This document shows, one piece after another, positions 9,865 through 19,348 of a DNA stretch of 64,000 nt (the first letter of the stretch is position 1; each line of letters opens with the position of its first letter). The notes beneath the pieces are model-generated. The model did not search any database. It saw only the letters and a program-made list of their open reading frames with translations, and was not told where the DNA came from. A program made the translations under genes and the position numbers. The DNA lies in NCBI GenBank assembly GCA_014860745.1, contig JACZJC010000035.1:10354-74353 (forward strand), given 5' to 3'. Source of the stretch: Anaerolineales bacterium (lineage in GTDB: Bacteria; Chloroflexota; Anaerolineae; Anaerolineales; Villigracilaceae).

Positions 9865-10479
9865 ATGAAAGCTAGAACATCCATCTTCCTGCTGATTGCC
9901 ACGCTTGTTTTATCTGCATGTGCGCCAGCCACGCCCATCGAACCAACCCCTGATGTTCTGGCAATCCGCACCTCGGCTGCCAATACCGTGGTGGCAGAAT
10001 TCACGTTGACTGCCGCCGCGTTCACGCCCACAACCCAGCCGCCCACGGAGACACCCACACCGGAACTCCCAACCGATACGCCCACCGTCGCCTTTGCGAC
10101 AGACCCGACCCAGATCGCACTTGGCACGCCCGGCGTATTATGCGACGACTTCTCCTTCGATAACGCCACGGTGGATGTAACCATTTTGGACGGCACCGCC
10201 ATGACCCCCGGGCAGGAGTTCGTAAAAACCTGGAAGATCAAAAACACCGGCACCTGTGCCTGGGGCGACGGCTACAGCCTTACCTACTCCTATGGTGAAA
10301 AAATGGACGGCCAGCCGGTTCCGCTGGGTACATTGGTGCAGTCCGGGCAGGAAGTGGATATTTCAGTAAACTTCAAAGCGCCAACCGCCATTGGCGAATA
10401 TACGAGCGCCTGGCAAATGACAAATGCCAAAGGTGTACCATTCGGGAAAGTTGTCTTTGTAAAGATCATCGTCAAGTAA
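9865..10479 (+). CDS. Lipoprotein with NBR1-Ig-like (FW) domain
   Basis: Lipobox VLSAC; DVTILDG..PGQEFVKTWKIKNTGTCAW..GEYTSAWQM. Confidence 0.8.
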   Translation: MKARTSIFLLIATLVLSACAPATPIEPTPDVLAIRTSAANTVVAEFTLTAAAFTPTTQPPTETPTPELPTDTPTVAFATDPTQIALGTPGVLCDDFSFDNATVDVTILDGTAMTPGQEFVKTWKIKNTGTCAWGDGYSLTYSYGEKMDGQPVPLGTLVQSGQEVDISVNFKAPTAIGEYTSAWQMTNAKGVPFGKVVFVKIIVK

Positions 10480-10480
10480 G

Positions 10481-11512
10481 TTGATAACGCTCGAACAGGC
10501 CGTCAAGGAAAAAGCGCGCCAGCTGGGATTTATCCTGGCTGGCGTTACTTCTTCCGAGGCTCCCGCGCACTTCAATATCTTTGAAGAATGGCTCAGCCAA
10601 AACAAGCACGGCACAATGCAATATCTCGCTGAAGAACGCAGCCGCATCCGCCGCGCCGACCCGAAACAAATCCTCCCCGAATGTAAATCTATCCTTGTGC
10701 TGGCGATGCCATATCATTCCCCTCTCCCTCTGGGAGAGGGGCCAGGGGTGAGGGTTGCCTCCTACACCCTTGGCGACGACTATCACGACATCATCCCACC
10801 CCGCCTGCGAGAGATCGTTGAATTCATCGAGGAACAGGTTGGGCATCCAATTCCTAACCGTTATTACACCGATACCGGCCCCATCCTCGAACGCGAACTG
10901 GCTCAACGCGCCGGACTAGGATGGATCGGTAAAAATTCCATGCTTATCAACCCACAGGCTGGGTCCACTTTTTTTCTCGCGGAAATTTTGCTCGGCATCG
11001 AACTCGAACCCGATGCACCCTTTCCCACCGACCACTGCGGCACTTGCACACGCTGCCTAGCCGCCTGCCCCACGCAATGCATTTTGCCAGACCGCACACT
11101 AGACGCGCGCCGCTGCATTTCGTACCTCACCATCGAGCTCAAGGATGACATCCCCGAAGAAGTGCGTGAAAAAATGGGTGAATGGATTTTCGGCTGCGAC
11201 ATCTGCCAGCAGGTCTGCCCGTGGAATCGATTCGCACAGCCAGCCTGCGCCGCCTTCGAGCCGAAAATCCCGCTTCCTGTCTTAACCTCGGACCTGCTTC
11301 TGTCATCCGTTGAGTTTAATCAACGCTTCAAGAAAAGCCCCGTCAAACGCGCGAAGCGCCGCGGCTATCTGCGGAATTTATCCGTGGCTGTTGGAAACCG
11401 GGGAAATGAAAACGACCTGCCCCTTCTCGAACAAGCCGCGCAGGATGAAGAGCCGTTGGTCAAAACCCATGCGCAATGGGCTATTAATAAAATTCGTTCG
11501 GAATTGAAATGA
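10481..11512 (+). CDS. queG: tRNA epoxyqueuosine(34) reductase
   Basis: DYH motif, DTGPILERELAQRAGLGWIGKN, ferredoxin motifs CGTCTRCLAACPT and CISYLTIE..GCDICQQVCPWN. Confidence 0.93.
   Translation: MITLEQAVKEKARQLGFILAGVTSSEAPAHFNIFEEWLSQNKHGTMQYLAEERSRIRRADPKQILPECKSILVLAMPYHSPLPLGEGPGVRVASYTLGDDYHDIIPPRLREIVEFIEEQVGHPIPNRYYTDTGPILERELAQRAGLGWIGKNSMLINPQAGSTFFLAEILLGIELEPDAPFPTDHCGTCTRCLAACPTQCILPDRTLDARRCISYLTIELKDDIPEEVREKMGEWIFGCDICQQVCPWNRFAQPACAAFEPKIPLPVLTSDLLLSSVEFNQRFKKSPVKRAKRRGYLRNLSVAVGNRGNENDLPLLEQAAQDEEPLVKTHAQWAINKIRSELK
10718..10755. repeat. Palindromic REP-like element inside queG (encodes SPLPLGEGPGVR)
   Basis: tcccctctccc-tct-gggagagggg hairpin followed by ccaggggtgaggg; same family as 31630-31683. 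Confidence 0.7.
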
Positions 11513-12108
11513 ACAAACTTCTTATCGCCACCAATAACAATGGAAAAGTTCAGGAACTTCAGGAATTATTGAAGGATTTGGGAATCCAGATCATTACCCC
11601 TTCACAGATCAACCTTGAGCTCGAAGTAGTGGAAGATGGCATGGACTACGCCGAGAACGCCGGTAAAAAAGCAGTCGCTTTTGCTGCCGCCAGCGGGCTT
11701 CTCTCGCTCGCCGATGACTCCGGCCTCGAGGTGGATGCTCTCGACGGTGCGCCCGGTCTTTATTCCGCAAGATATTCTCCCCAATCTGGCGCAAACGATT
11801 CGGACCGCCGAAATTTTTTGCTGAAAAATTTACAGGATAAGCCACGTCCATGGAAAGCGCATTTCCACGCGACGGTTGCCATCGCCAGACCGACAAGAGA
11901 AGTGGAATTTGCCGAAGGTAATTGCTTTGGCGAGATCATCCCAGAGGAGCGCGGGACGGGCGGTTTTGGGTACGACCCAATCTTTTTCATCGCGGAATTG
12001 AATCAAACCATGGCAGAGCTGGGCATGGAAGAAAAAAACCACCTCAGCCATCGTGCGCGGGCGGTGATGAATGCAATGCCAACCTTGAAGAAAATGATCG
12101 GGGAGTGA
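11509..12108 (+). CDS. rdgB: Non-canonical purine NTP pyrophosphatase (RdgB/HAM1)
   Basis: ATNN.GK, ADDSGLEVDALDGAPGLYSARY, GFGYDPIF, SHRARA. Confidence 0.95.
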   Translation: MNKLLIATNNNGKVQELQELLKDLGIQIITPSQINLELEVVEDGMDYAENAGKKAVAFAAASGLLSLADDSGLEVDALDGAPGLYSARYSPQSGANDSDRRNFLLKNLQDKPRPWKAHFHATVAIARPTREVEFAEGNCFGEIIPEERGTGGFGYDPIFFIAELNQTMAELGMEEKNHLSHRARAVMNAMPTLKKMIGE

Positions 12109-12137
12109 GGGGAAAAGCCGGGGCGGAGGGAATATCT

Positions 12138-12962
12138 TTAAACAGAATCAACCATCCCTTTGGGAGTGAGGCGCGGTTTTGATCTTTTCCTGCGGGCGGG
12201 CAGGTCATCCAGGAATTTTTTTAGCAGGTTCGCAACTTTATCGGGCTGTTCGAGCATCACCATATGCCCTGCGTTTTCCACAATATGAAATGCGGAACCG
12301 GTTATTCCATCCCGCAGCGATTCGGATAATTTCGGGGGAGCCATTTTATCTTCCGCGCCGCAAAGGATGAGCGTGGGTTTGTTTATTTTTTCGAGCTGAT
12401 CCATCACATCGAATTCGTTGCAGGCGAGGAAATCACCCAGTAAAACAGGCGGACGGGTTTTCAACATATTTTGTTTTGAAAGTTGAACCAGGTTTTGCAT
12501 GGCATTTTCGCTGAAACAATTGGTATTGATTCCATCCACTGCCGACTCGAAGGTATTCGGATTGCCTGCTGATTCAAGAATGGAGGGCGCCACCCTCATC
12601 TTTGGGCCGCATCCCATCAAGACCAGCCCTGATACTTGTTTCGGATATTTCAACGCAAGGGTAAGCGCTATGGCGCCGCCCATGGATATGCCTGCAATAA
12701 CAGCGGTGCGAATCTTCAGGGATTTCATGAAGGCGATCACATCGTCGGCATATTCATCGATCGACTGCCTGCCGCTGCCTTCCGATTTTCCATGCCCGGG
12801 CAGGTCGGGGGCGAAGATGGTTTCCTCGGCCAGCCTGCGAATCTGCGGGGGCCATGATAAATGATTTCCGCCCGCGCCATGGATCAGGATCACAGGCGGT
12901 CGAGTATGGCCGGCGTCTTCCGCCGCATGAGCGAAATAATAAAAACCTGCGGAGGTGGGCAT
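12138..12962 (-). CDS. Alpha/beta fold hydrolase
   Basis: HGAGG oxyanion motif, DLPGHGKS, GISMGG nucleophile elbow, AGHMVMLE. Confidence 0.88.
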   Translation of the reverse strand: MPTSAGFYYFAHAAEDAGHTRPPVILIHGAGGNHLSWPPQIRRLAEETIFAPDLPGHGKSEGSGRQSIDEYADDVIAFMKSLKIRTAVIAGISMGGAIALTLALKYPKQVSGLVLMGCGPKMRVAPSILESAGNPNTFESAVDGINTNCFSENAMQNLVQLSKQNMLKTRPPVLLGDFLACNEFDVMDQLEKINKPTLILCGAEDKMAPPKLSESLRDGITGSAFHIVENAGHMVMLEQPDKVANLLKKFLDDLPARRKRSKPRLTPKGMVDSV

Positions 12963-14728
12963 TATTTGCTTTTTGATTTGGAGTGGCGCGGATGATGCAG
13001 GCGGTCTGCGGCTTCTTCGGTGAGGGGAATGTAGACCTGCACTTTTGTCCCCTTGCCGGGCATCGAATCGATCTGCAGGAGGCCGTTCACCAATTCGGCG
13101 CGTTCGCGCAAGTTGACCATACCCAAACTGCTGTTGACGCGTTTATCATACAATTCGGAAATGGCTTTCACATCGAACCCGACGCCGTTATCCACGATCT
13201 CCAAGAAGATCACCCCGGGTTCGATCTGGCGCAAATTCACGGTGATGGCTTCGGCGGCGGCATGTTTGCGGGCATTGTTCACTGCCTCCTCGATAATATA
13301 AAAGATGACGCCCTGCTTGCCCATTTCGAGCTGGCTGGTCCCGCGTTCGTCGATGTTCACCACAACCCGCTGGGAAAAAGTTTCCATCATTTTATCGGCC
13401 ATGGCCTGCACCGCTGCTTTCAACCCCTGCGATTCAAGGATGAGCGGGCGCAGGGTAAAGAGCATGTGCCGGATCTCCTTCGTGGTGCGGTGGGCAAGCT
13501 CCTCCAGTTTGACAATCTCTTCGGATGCGGATTTTACATCCTTCGACATCATGCGCCGCGTGATGTTCAGGCGCATTGCCATGGCAGCCACCGATTGGGT
13601 GGGGCCGTCGTGCAGGTCGCGCGCCAGTTTCTTGCGCGCTTCCTCATGCACTTCCACCATGCGTTCCTTCTCCTCCACCAGGTCCTGGTACAGGCGCGCA
13701 TTTTGAATGGCGACCACTGCCTGCCTGCCGATAATTTCGAGCAGTTTCAAACGGTCTGAATTAAAATAATCCGGGCTGGGGTGGGCAAATAATAATACGC
13801 CATAGACGTTGAACCCGCTGCGCAAGGGAAAACAATATCCGCTGATGCAGTTTCGGAGGGCGATCACCCGGCCGAGTTCAGGGTCGTAGCCGATGTCTTT
13901 GAAGGTCACCGGATCACCCTCGTCCAGCGCTCTCTTCAGCACGCCTTCCGCCCCGTCGAAGGTGACTCGCATATCCGCGCTGGTAAACCGTCTCGCAGAG
14001 CCGATCCGTAATTTGCCGCCGTTGAAGAGCATCACCGCGCCCACAAGCGGGTCACTGTTCGATTGTTCGGGGTCAGGGTTGAGAGCGGTCGCGCTCATAT
14101 CTAATGCGGAATCCAGGACGCGCTTGTAGCTCAGGGTGGAGGAAAGTGTGGAGGTCAATTCATAAATGGCGCGCAGGCGTTCGTTTTGCATGGCGCGTTT
14201 CTTTTCTTCGGAATCCATCCACAAGGCGCGGTTCTTCCGCATATGCTCCATCATGCGGCGGCCAAGAAAGCCGAAAACAAGACCCGACCCAATAAGTATT
14301 GCAGAGATGAGGATGGCCAGGGAGAGATCCCCCGGGGACGGAAGCCCCACATACAAAACCACGCCGGAAAATAATAACGATACAATCAACGCCCCAAAGA
14401 TCTCGAAATAAATGGCCCCCGTCAGGATTGGCAGCAGTCCCGTCCAAAAGGCGGGGCCGCGCAAACCGCCCTGCACCCAAAAAAATGCCCCCGCCAGGAT
14501 CAAATCCACCGCGATGTTGAGGCGCCTGTGAAAACGAATTCGCAAATTCAAACTCGTCATGGCGGTCATGCCGAGATTCCAGGCGATCATCAAACCCAAA
14601 GGCCAGGTGGAGCGGATATCCAGTTTTTGTCCCAAACCGAGCGATACAATCAGGCCTACCAGCATGATCCATCGCAATGAAATGGCAAACCAGTCTGCCA
14701 TGTAAGGGGTGTCAAATTTCCGCATCAT
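12962..14728 (-). CDS. Membrane-bound GAF-domain sensor histidine kinase (HisKA_3 type)
   Basis: N-terminal TM bundle, GAF, H-box RDLHDG, N-box EAVNNARKHA, DNGVGF, G-box GKGT. Confidence 0.9.
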   Translation of the reverse strand: MMRKFDTPYMADWFAISLRWIMLVGLIVSLGLGQKLDIRSTWPLGLMIAWNLGMTAMTSLNLRIRFHRRLNIAVDLILAGAFFWVQGGLRGPAFWTGLLPILTGAIYFEIFGALIVSLLFSGVVLYVGLPSPGDLSLAILISAILIGSGLVFGFLGRRMMEHMRKNRALWMDSEEKKRAMQNERLRAIYELTSTLSSTLSYKRVLDSALDMSATALNPDPEQSNSDPLVGAVMLFNGGKLRIGSARRFTSADMRVTFDGAEGVLKRALDEGDPVTFKDIGYDPELGRVIALRNCISGYCFPLRSGFNVYGVLLFAHPSPDYFNSDRLKLLEIIGRQAVVAIQNARLYQDLVEEKERMVEVHEEARKKLARDLHDGPTQSVAAMAMRLNITRRMMSKDVKSASEEIVKLEELAHRTTKEIRHMLFTLRPLILESQGLKAAVQAMADKMMETFSQRVVVNIDERGTSQLEMGKQGVIFYIIEEAVNNARKHAAAEAITVNLRQIEPGVIFLEIVDNGVGFDVKAISELYDKRVNSSLGMVNLRERAELVNGLLQIDSMPGKGTKVQVYIPLTEEAADRLHHPRHSKSKSK

Positions 14729-14796
14729 ACCAGCCTATCATATCAAATATGTTCAGGAAGACAATTCGAATGACGTTACAAGTGGATTACACCTTG

Positions 14797-15525
14797 TCAG
14801 ACATCATAACCCATGCGGGATAAATATGGAGAAAGCATCTCTTTTAATGCGTGTTTTTTCTCCTCGTTGTAAAAATCGCGGAAGCGGCCAATCTTGCCTT
14901 TGTAAAAATGGAGACCCTGCTGGGCATCCGAAACGCCTGGGCGATACTGCTCGATCACCTTCTGGACCTCGAACCTGCTCCCGTCCAATTTGAGATGGTT
15001 CACCAGCCGGGCGGATTCCTCTTCGTAATTCGTCAGCAGGTCTTCGTAGCGAGCCACCAGCACATTCTTCTCGTTCATCCACTTCTCCCAAATGCGGACG
15101 TATTCCATCATGAACTCAACACTTTTTTCGAAATCGGAAATGTGTGAGAAGGCGTTGGGACGCCCCTTCACCAGCGCACGCTGGCCAAAGTCATAGGCCG
15201 AGAGCATGGCGTCGCGCGGGTCGCGGTAAATGTATGTGATGCGGAGCAGGCCAAGGGTTAGGAGGAGGCGCGAGGCAGATGTTGGCGCGGCATGAGCTTT
15301 GATCACGAAGGTGTTCCCAAGCAGGGCAGGCAGGGCCACCATCCCCAACCTGCGGGCGGAGAGGACGCCGATATTGCAATTGACTTCGGTGAGTATTTTT
15401 TGCAGGCGGTATTTCTCGCGGATGTCACGCGCATCGACACAGCCTGTGGTTTTCATGAGATCATGGATGAGGTTGTAATGCCAGCCCGAACCCGCGCGCG
15501 GCATACCCACGGAAAGAACGATCAT
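14797..15525 (-). CDS. PAPS-dependent sulfotransferase domain protein
   Basis: 5'-PSB GMPRAGSGW, 3'-PB YIYRDPRDA, RYEDL. Confidence 0.8.
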   Translation of the reverse strand: MIVLSVGMPRAGSGWHYNLIHDLMKTTGCVDARDIREKYRLQKILTEVNCNIGVLSARRLGMVALPALLGNTFVIKAHAAPTSASRLLLTLGLLRITYIYRDPRDAMLSAYDFGQRALVKGRPNAFSHISDFEKSVEFMMEYVRIWEKWMNEKNVLVARYEDLLTNYEEESARLVNHLKLDGSRFEVQKVIEQYRPGVSDAQQGLHFYKGKIGRFRDFYNEEKKHALKEMLSPYLSRMGYDV

Positions 15526-16982
15526 TTGATTTCCTTATGCGATGAAATAGCAGACAGCCCAACCAGTATGCCCGAAACCAGCCAGATATTTGGCGTGGTG
15601 AGCGAATCCTGGGTGAAATTATAAAAGGTGATCCCCAGCCACGCAAATACTCCGGCAGTGGCGGCAAAACGCGCCCAGGTTTCCCCGCGCAGCAAGAGCG
15701 AAAGCGAATCGCCAAGCACAAAAAATTGAAACGCGATGAATAATATCAGACCGAACAAGCCCGTTTCAGCCAGCAGGCGAATGTAGATATTTTTGGGGTT
15801 GGGATACAAACGGTTTTGCGGATTCAATTGTTTCGCAATTTCAGGCACGGTGGTCAACGACCAGTCGGGCAGGTTTTGGTACATGTAAAAGCCGCTCGCT
15901 CCGAGGCCGACTCCGCTGAGCGGATATTCCTCGAAGGCTGCAAGTGCCGCAGTGGAATAGGCGCCCCGCGCGCCCGCGTTGATATCCACCATGTATTCGC
16001 TCAGGTTTTCCGCTTCGATCTGCCACAAACGGCTAAAAAGGCCTTTTTGATTCAGGAAAAGAAATGAACCCGCCAGAGCGCCAACGACTGCGAGAATCAC
16101 ACCCGCACGAAAAAGTCTATCGAAAATTCGCCCGCGAAAGCCGTTGATAAACCAGGTCCACATTGTGCGGGTGACATCCCGCCCAAGAAATAGAAATGTC
16201 AATCCCGCCGCAGCAGCGATGGTCAATATGCCGCCGCGCGAATAGGTGGCTAAAAGCACCAGGAGAGATAATGCCAGCAGGACAGGTTCCAGCCATTTCA
16301 GGCGGGAGACGCGGTAATTCGTCAAAACGGAAGCAAATAAAAACGGGATGAAGATCGTGGCGAGCTGCCCCGCCAGCCAGGCTGGTTCATAGGCCAGGCC
16401 AGAGATGCGGTTTGTACGCACCAGTTCGCGCACCGAAAATGCCAACTGCCAGTGCGTCACCATTTCTTTTTCGAGCAAGCCCGTATAAAACGTGACAGCC
16501 TGCAAACCGCTCCAGGCGATGTCCAAACATAAGCCTGCCAAAATCCATTTGACGGTGAATCGCAAATCGGATTCGTCCCGGTTCATCCATACCGCGCTGA
16601 CGAAGGATGCAAGCCCGATGAGGAGGGTCGCCAATGCGCGGATCGCGCGCCCGAAATATTCCTGCCCGCGCAGGGGAATCGGGTCGATCAGCGCGCCGAA
16701 ACTGGTTGCAAAAACTACAAAGAGGACGAACGCCCCAAGCGCCACGAACGCACGCGCCCAATATAATTTTATTTTTTTACGAAATGCCTGAATTATTAAT
16801 AATGGCAATAACAAGGCCAGGGGATACAAAGCGAGCGGACGGACAAGAGTGCTTTCCCCAAGAAATGGGAACCAGCGAAAGCTGGTGACTGGCAAGGCGA
16901 GCATGGCCGCAGCCCAAAGAATGCGGGGGAGGCTTTGTGGGTCTCTCACCACAGAGAACACAAAGGGCATGGAGTTTTTCAT
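15522..16982 (-). CDS. O-antigen ligase/polymerase family (Wzy_C) membrane protein
   Basis: Polytopic; GLAYEP, TYSRGG, GVGLG and NIYIRLLAETG motifs. Confidence 0.75.
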   Translation of the reverse strand: MKNSMPFVFSVVRDPQSLPRILWAAAMLALPVTSFRWFPFLGESTLVRPLALYPLALLLPLLIIQAFRKKIKLYWARAFVALGAFVLFVVFATSFGALIDPIPLRGQEYFGRAIRALATLLIGLASFVSAVWMNRDESDLRFTVKWILAGLCLDIAWSGLQAVTFYTGLLEKEMVTHWQLAFSVRELVRTNRISGLAYEPAWLAGQLATIFIPFLFASVLTNYRVSRLKWLEPVLLALSLLVLLATYSRGGILTIAAAAGLTFLFLGRDVTRTMWTWFINGFRGRIFDRLFRAGVILAVVGALAGSFLFLNQKGLFSRLWQIEAENLSEYMVDINAGARGAYSTAALAAFEEYPLSGVGLGASGFYMYQNLPDWSLTTVPEIAKQLNPQNRLYPNPKNIYIRLLAETGLFGLILFIAFQFFVLGDSLSLLLRGETWARFAATAGVFAWLGITFYNFTQDSLTTPNIWLVSGILVGLSAISSHKEIK

Positions 16983-17599
16983 TTGTAATTCGTTTTTGGT
17001 TTTACAAACAACACAACAAACACGGACAGCATAAGAAAACCTGTGGAGCCTGCGAGCAAATATCCGCTTAATGGCACACTGCGCGCGGTGGGAAGTTTTC
17101 CAGATTGGGTGACTTCGAGTTTTATGAATTCATTGATATTCCCCGAATCGATTTCCGCTTTCACGCGCTGGACAAATGCCTCCGCCCAGGCGGAGGCTAG
17201 CGATGCGGCGACCTGCGGATCGTTATCATCGGCGTAGAAATGCCAGCCTGCTTCAGCGGGCTGGCTGAGTTGCAATTTCCCATCGCGTAAAACCTCGACC
17301 GGGACAGAAAAATCGGAAGATAATTGGCTCATAATTTCATCGTGCCAGGCAAGCTCTTCCAGTTTGCGGGATTCGCGCTCGAGATAATAGAACTGCTGGC
17401 GGTCAGTGTCCTGCGGCCAGGCCTGTTCAAGGTTGAAATCCACATTGACAGTGGCACGCGCCCGATGCGGCGGCGGAGCGATGAAATAAGCCGCGGCGCC
17501 AAGCAACGCGCCGAGCAATGCGCCAAGCACCCAAAACCGCCATGCTCGCAGCAAGCGGATGAAGTCTTCGAGGGAGGGAGTGGAAAGAATGAAATTCAT
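16979..17599 (-). CDS. Wzz-like chain-length determinant / polysaccharide co-polymerase-like protein
   Basis: Two terminal TM helices flanking a soluble loop; N-terminal pattern L.D..RLL..WR.W; next to the ligase gene. Confidence 0.5.
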   Translation of the reverse strand: MNFILSTPSLEDFIRLLRAWRFWVLGALLGALLGAAAYFIAPPPHRARATVNVDFNLEQAWPQDTDRQQFYYLERESRKLEELAWHDEIMSQLSSDFSVPVEVLRDGKLQLSQPAEAGWHFYADDNDPQVAASLASAWAEAFVQRVKAEIDSGNINEFIKLEVTQSGKLPTARSVPLSGYLLAGSTGFLMLSVFVVLFVKPKTNYK

Positions 17600-17632
17600 G
17601 GTTAGGGTACTTGGTAAATTACGAATTACCAA

Positions 17633-18400
17633 TTATGCATTCCTTTTTATGCGCCACTTCCAGAGCGGGCCGATGATTTTTCTAAGATAGTATTTTGCCA
17701 CAATCAGGGAGAAAAAAACACCGCCGTCACGATAATGCACGCGCAGCATTTCATCCCAGCCGCGCACATCGGCCAGATTGGTTTTGCTCGCGGTGTGGAT
17801 GCGAAAATTCGACCACACCCTGCCCGACAAATATTGGATGGGCGCGCGCGCTGCAATGCGAGTCCACAAGTCGTAATCCATTGCGAAATAGAAAGCTGGG
17901 TCGAGCGGACCCAGCTCCCGCCAATACTTCGCGCGGAAGAACATCGTCTGCTGGGGGATGTGGACGTAGCCCTCGCGCAGACGGCGATAATCGGTCTGCG
18001 CCGATTTGAATTTGCCGATGATCTCATCATTTTCATCGATGAAATTACAGTCGGCATACACCATGGCCGCATCTGGATTTTCAACAAGATATTTCACAGC
18101 TTCATTCACTGCGCCGGGATTGTAGGTGTCGTCGGAATTGATCCATGCGAGGATCTCTCCTTTTGCGCGATCGAATCCCTTGTTGATCGCATCGGTCTGA
18201 CCCTTGTCCTGTTCGCTGACCCACCAGGCGAGTCTACCCTCATATTTTTTGATGATATCCACACTGCCATCGGTCGAGCCGCCATCCACGATGATGTATT
18301 CGATGTTCGGGTACTCCTGCCCGAGCACGGATCGGATTGTCCGTTCAAGGAATTGAGCTTGATTAAAGGATGGGGTAACGATGGAGACGAGGGGGGGCAT
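17633..18400 (-). CDS. Glycosyltransferase family 2
   Basis: [24 protein letters not shown] motifs. Confidence 0.9.
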   Translation of the reverse strand: MPPLVSIVTPSFNQAQFLERTIRSVLGQEYPNIEYIIVDGGSTDGSVDIIKKYEGRLAWWVSEQDKGQTDAINKGFDRAKGEILAWINSDDTYNPGAVNEAVKYLVENPDAAMVYADCNFIDENDEIIGKFKSAQTDYRRLREGYVHIPQQTMFFRAKYWRELGPLDPAFYFAMDYDLWTRIAARAPIQYLSGRVWSNFRIHTASKTNLADVRGWDEMLRVHYRDGGVFFSLIVAKYYLRKIIGPLWKWRIKRNA

Positions 18401-18427
18401 GAGTTATCAGTGGACAGTGGCTGGTAA

Positions 18428-19348
18428 TTACCATTCACTGTCGGAGTAGAAAAGATGCGAAACCGATTCGGTGATCTTGCGGATGCGGCTTACCTCTTGT
18501 GGAGTGAGAATCTGTTTCCAATTATCGAGGCTGGCGCGACTGTCCAGTTTTACGGAATAGGTTTTGTTCCTGGCAAGTTTGGCGGGATTCTCCGAACTGC
18601 TCGAGTTGAGGATTATGTTTTTGACTCTTTCGTCGAAATCCAGGCCAAGGGATTCGTACAAGGTTTTGAAACCGGGCAGCGGGTTCAGGGAGAGGTCTTC
18701 GTGGCGGACGATGTTGAAGTCCGGGAACAATTCCCGGGCGTCATGAACGAAGCGGTGAATCAGCCGCCAGAGCAAGGCCGCCTGGCTGACAACATCCCCG
18801 GAGCGGGTCGATTCCATTTCGGCGCGGTCTTCTTCCAGATGATCGCGCATGAGCAGGGGCTGGTTGAGCAGGTTGTTGAAATCAAAAGGCCAGTTCAAGC
18901 GTTTGAGGCTGCTGACCACCGCGGCGGGATGGCGGATGGAAACGACCACCCGGCAATCCAATTTTTTGGCAAACCAGGGAGCCGAGAAAACCGCGAAGGG
19001 GTCTTTGAGCAGGGCACGCTGGCCGCGCATGGAGCCATTGAAGAAAATGCGAAAATCGCGGCCCATGCGCAGGAAATCCTTGAACGAGCGGACGGATTTT
19101 ATTTCCAGCCAGGTATGGTATTGGAAATCGAGCAGTTCATGAAATGCGGGCAGGTACTCCGATTCGTTTTCGGCGTTGATGTAGGTGTACCAGTATTTAA
19201 CCGGGGCGCGGAACACGCCGGGGCGGTGCAGCACATTCAACGGCTCGCTGACATAGGCGGTATCGGCATCGGCGGCAAGCATTTTGCCGACCCAGGTTGT
19301 GCCGCTGCGGTGCGTACCTGTGACGAGGATGGGACGGAGATTATTCAC
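18428..19348 (-). CDS. Sulfotransferase family protein
   Basis: GTHRSGTTW, LLKDP, RHPAAVVSS, RHEDL. Confidence 0.85.
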   Translation of the reverse strand: MNNLRPILVTGTHRSGTTWVGKMLAADADTAYVSEPLNVLHRPGVFRAPVKYWYTYINAENESEYLPAFHELLDFQYHTWLEIKSVRSFKDFLRMGRDFRIFFNGSMRGQRALLKDPFAVFSAPWFAKKLDCRVVVSIRHPAAVVSSLKRLNWPFDFNNLLNQPLLMRDHLEEDRAEMESTRSGDVVSQAALLWRLIHRFVHDARELFPDFNIVRHEDLSLNPLPGFKTLYESLGLDFDERVKNIILNSSSSENPAKLARNKTYSVKLDSRASLDNWKQILTPQEVSRIRKITESVSHLFYSDSEW

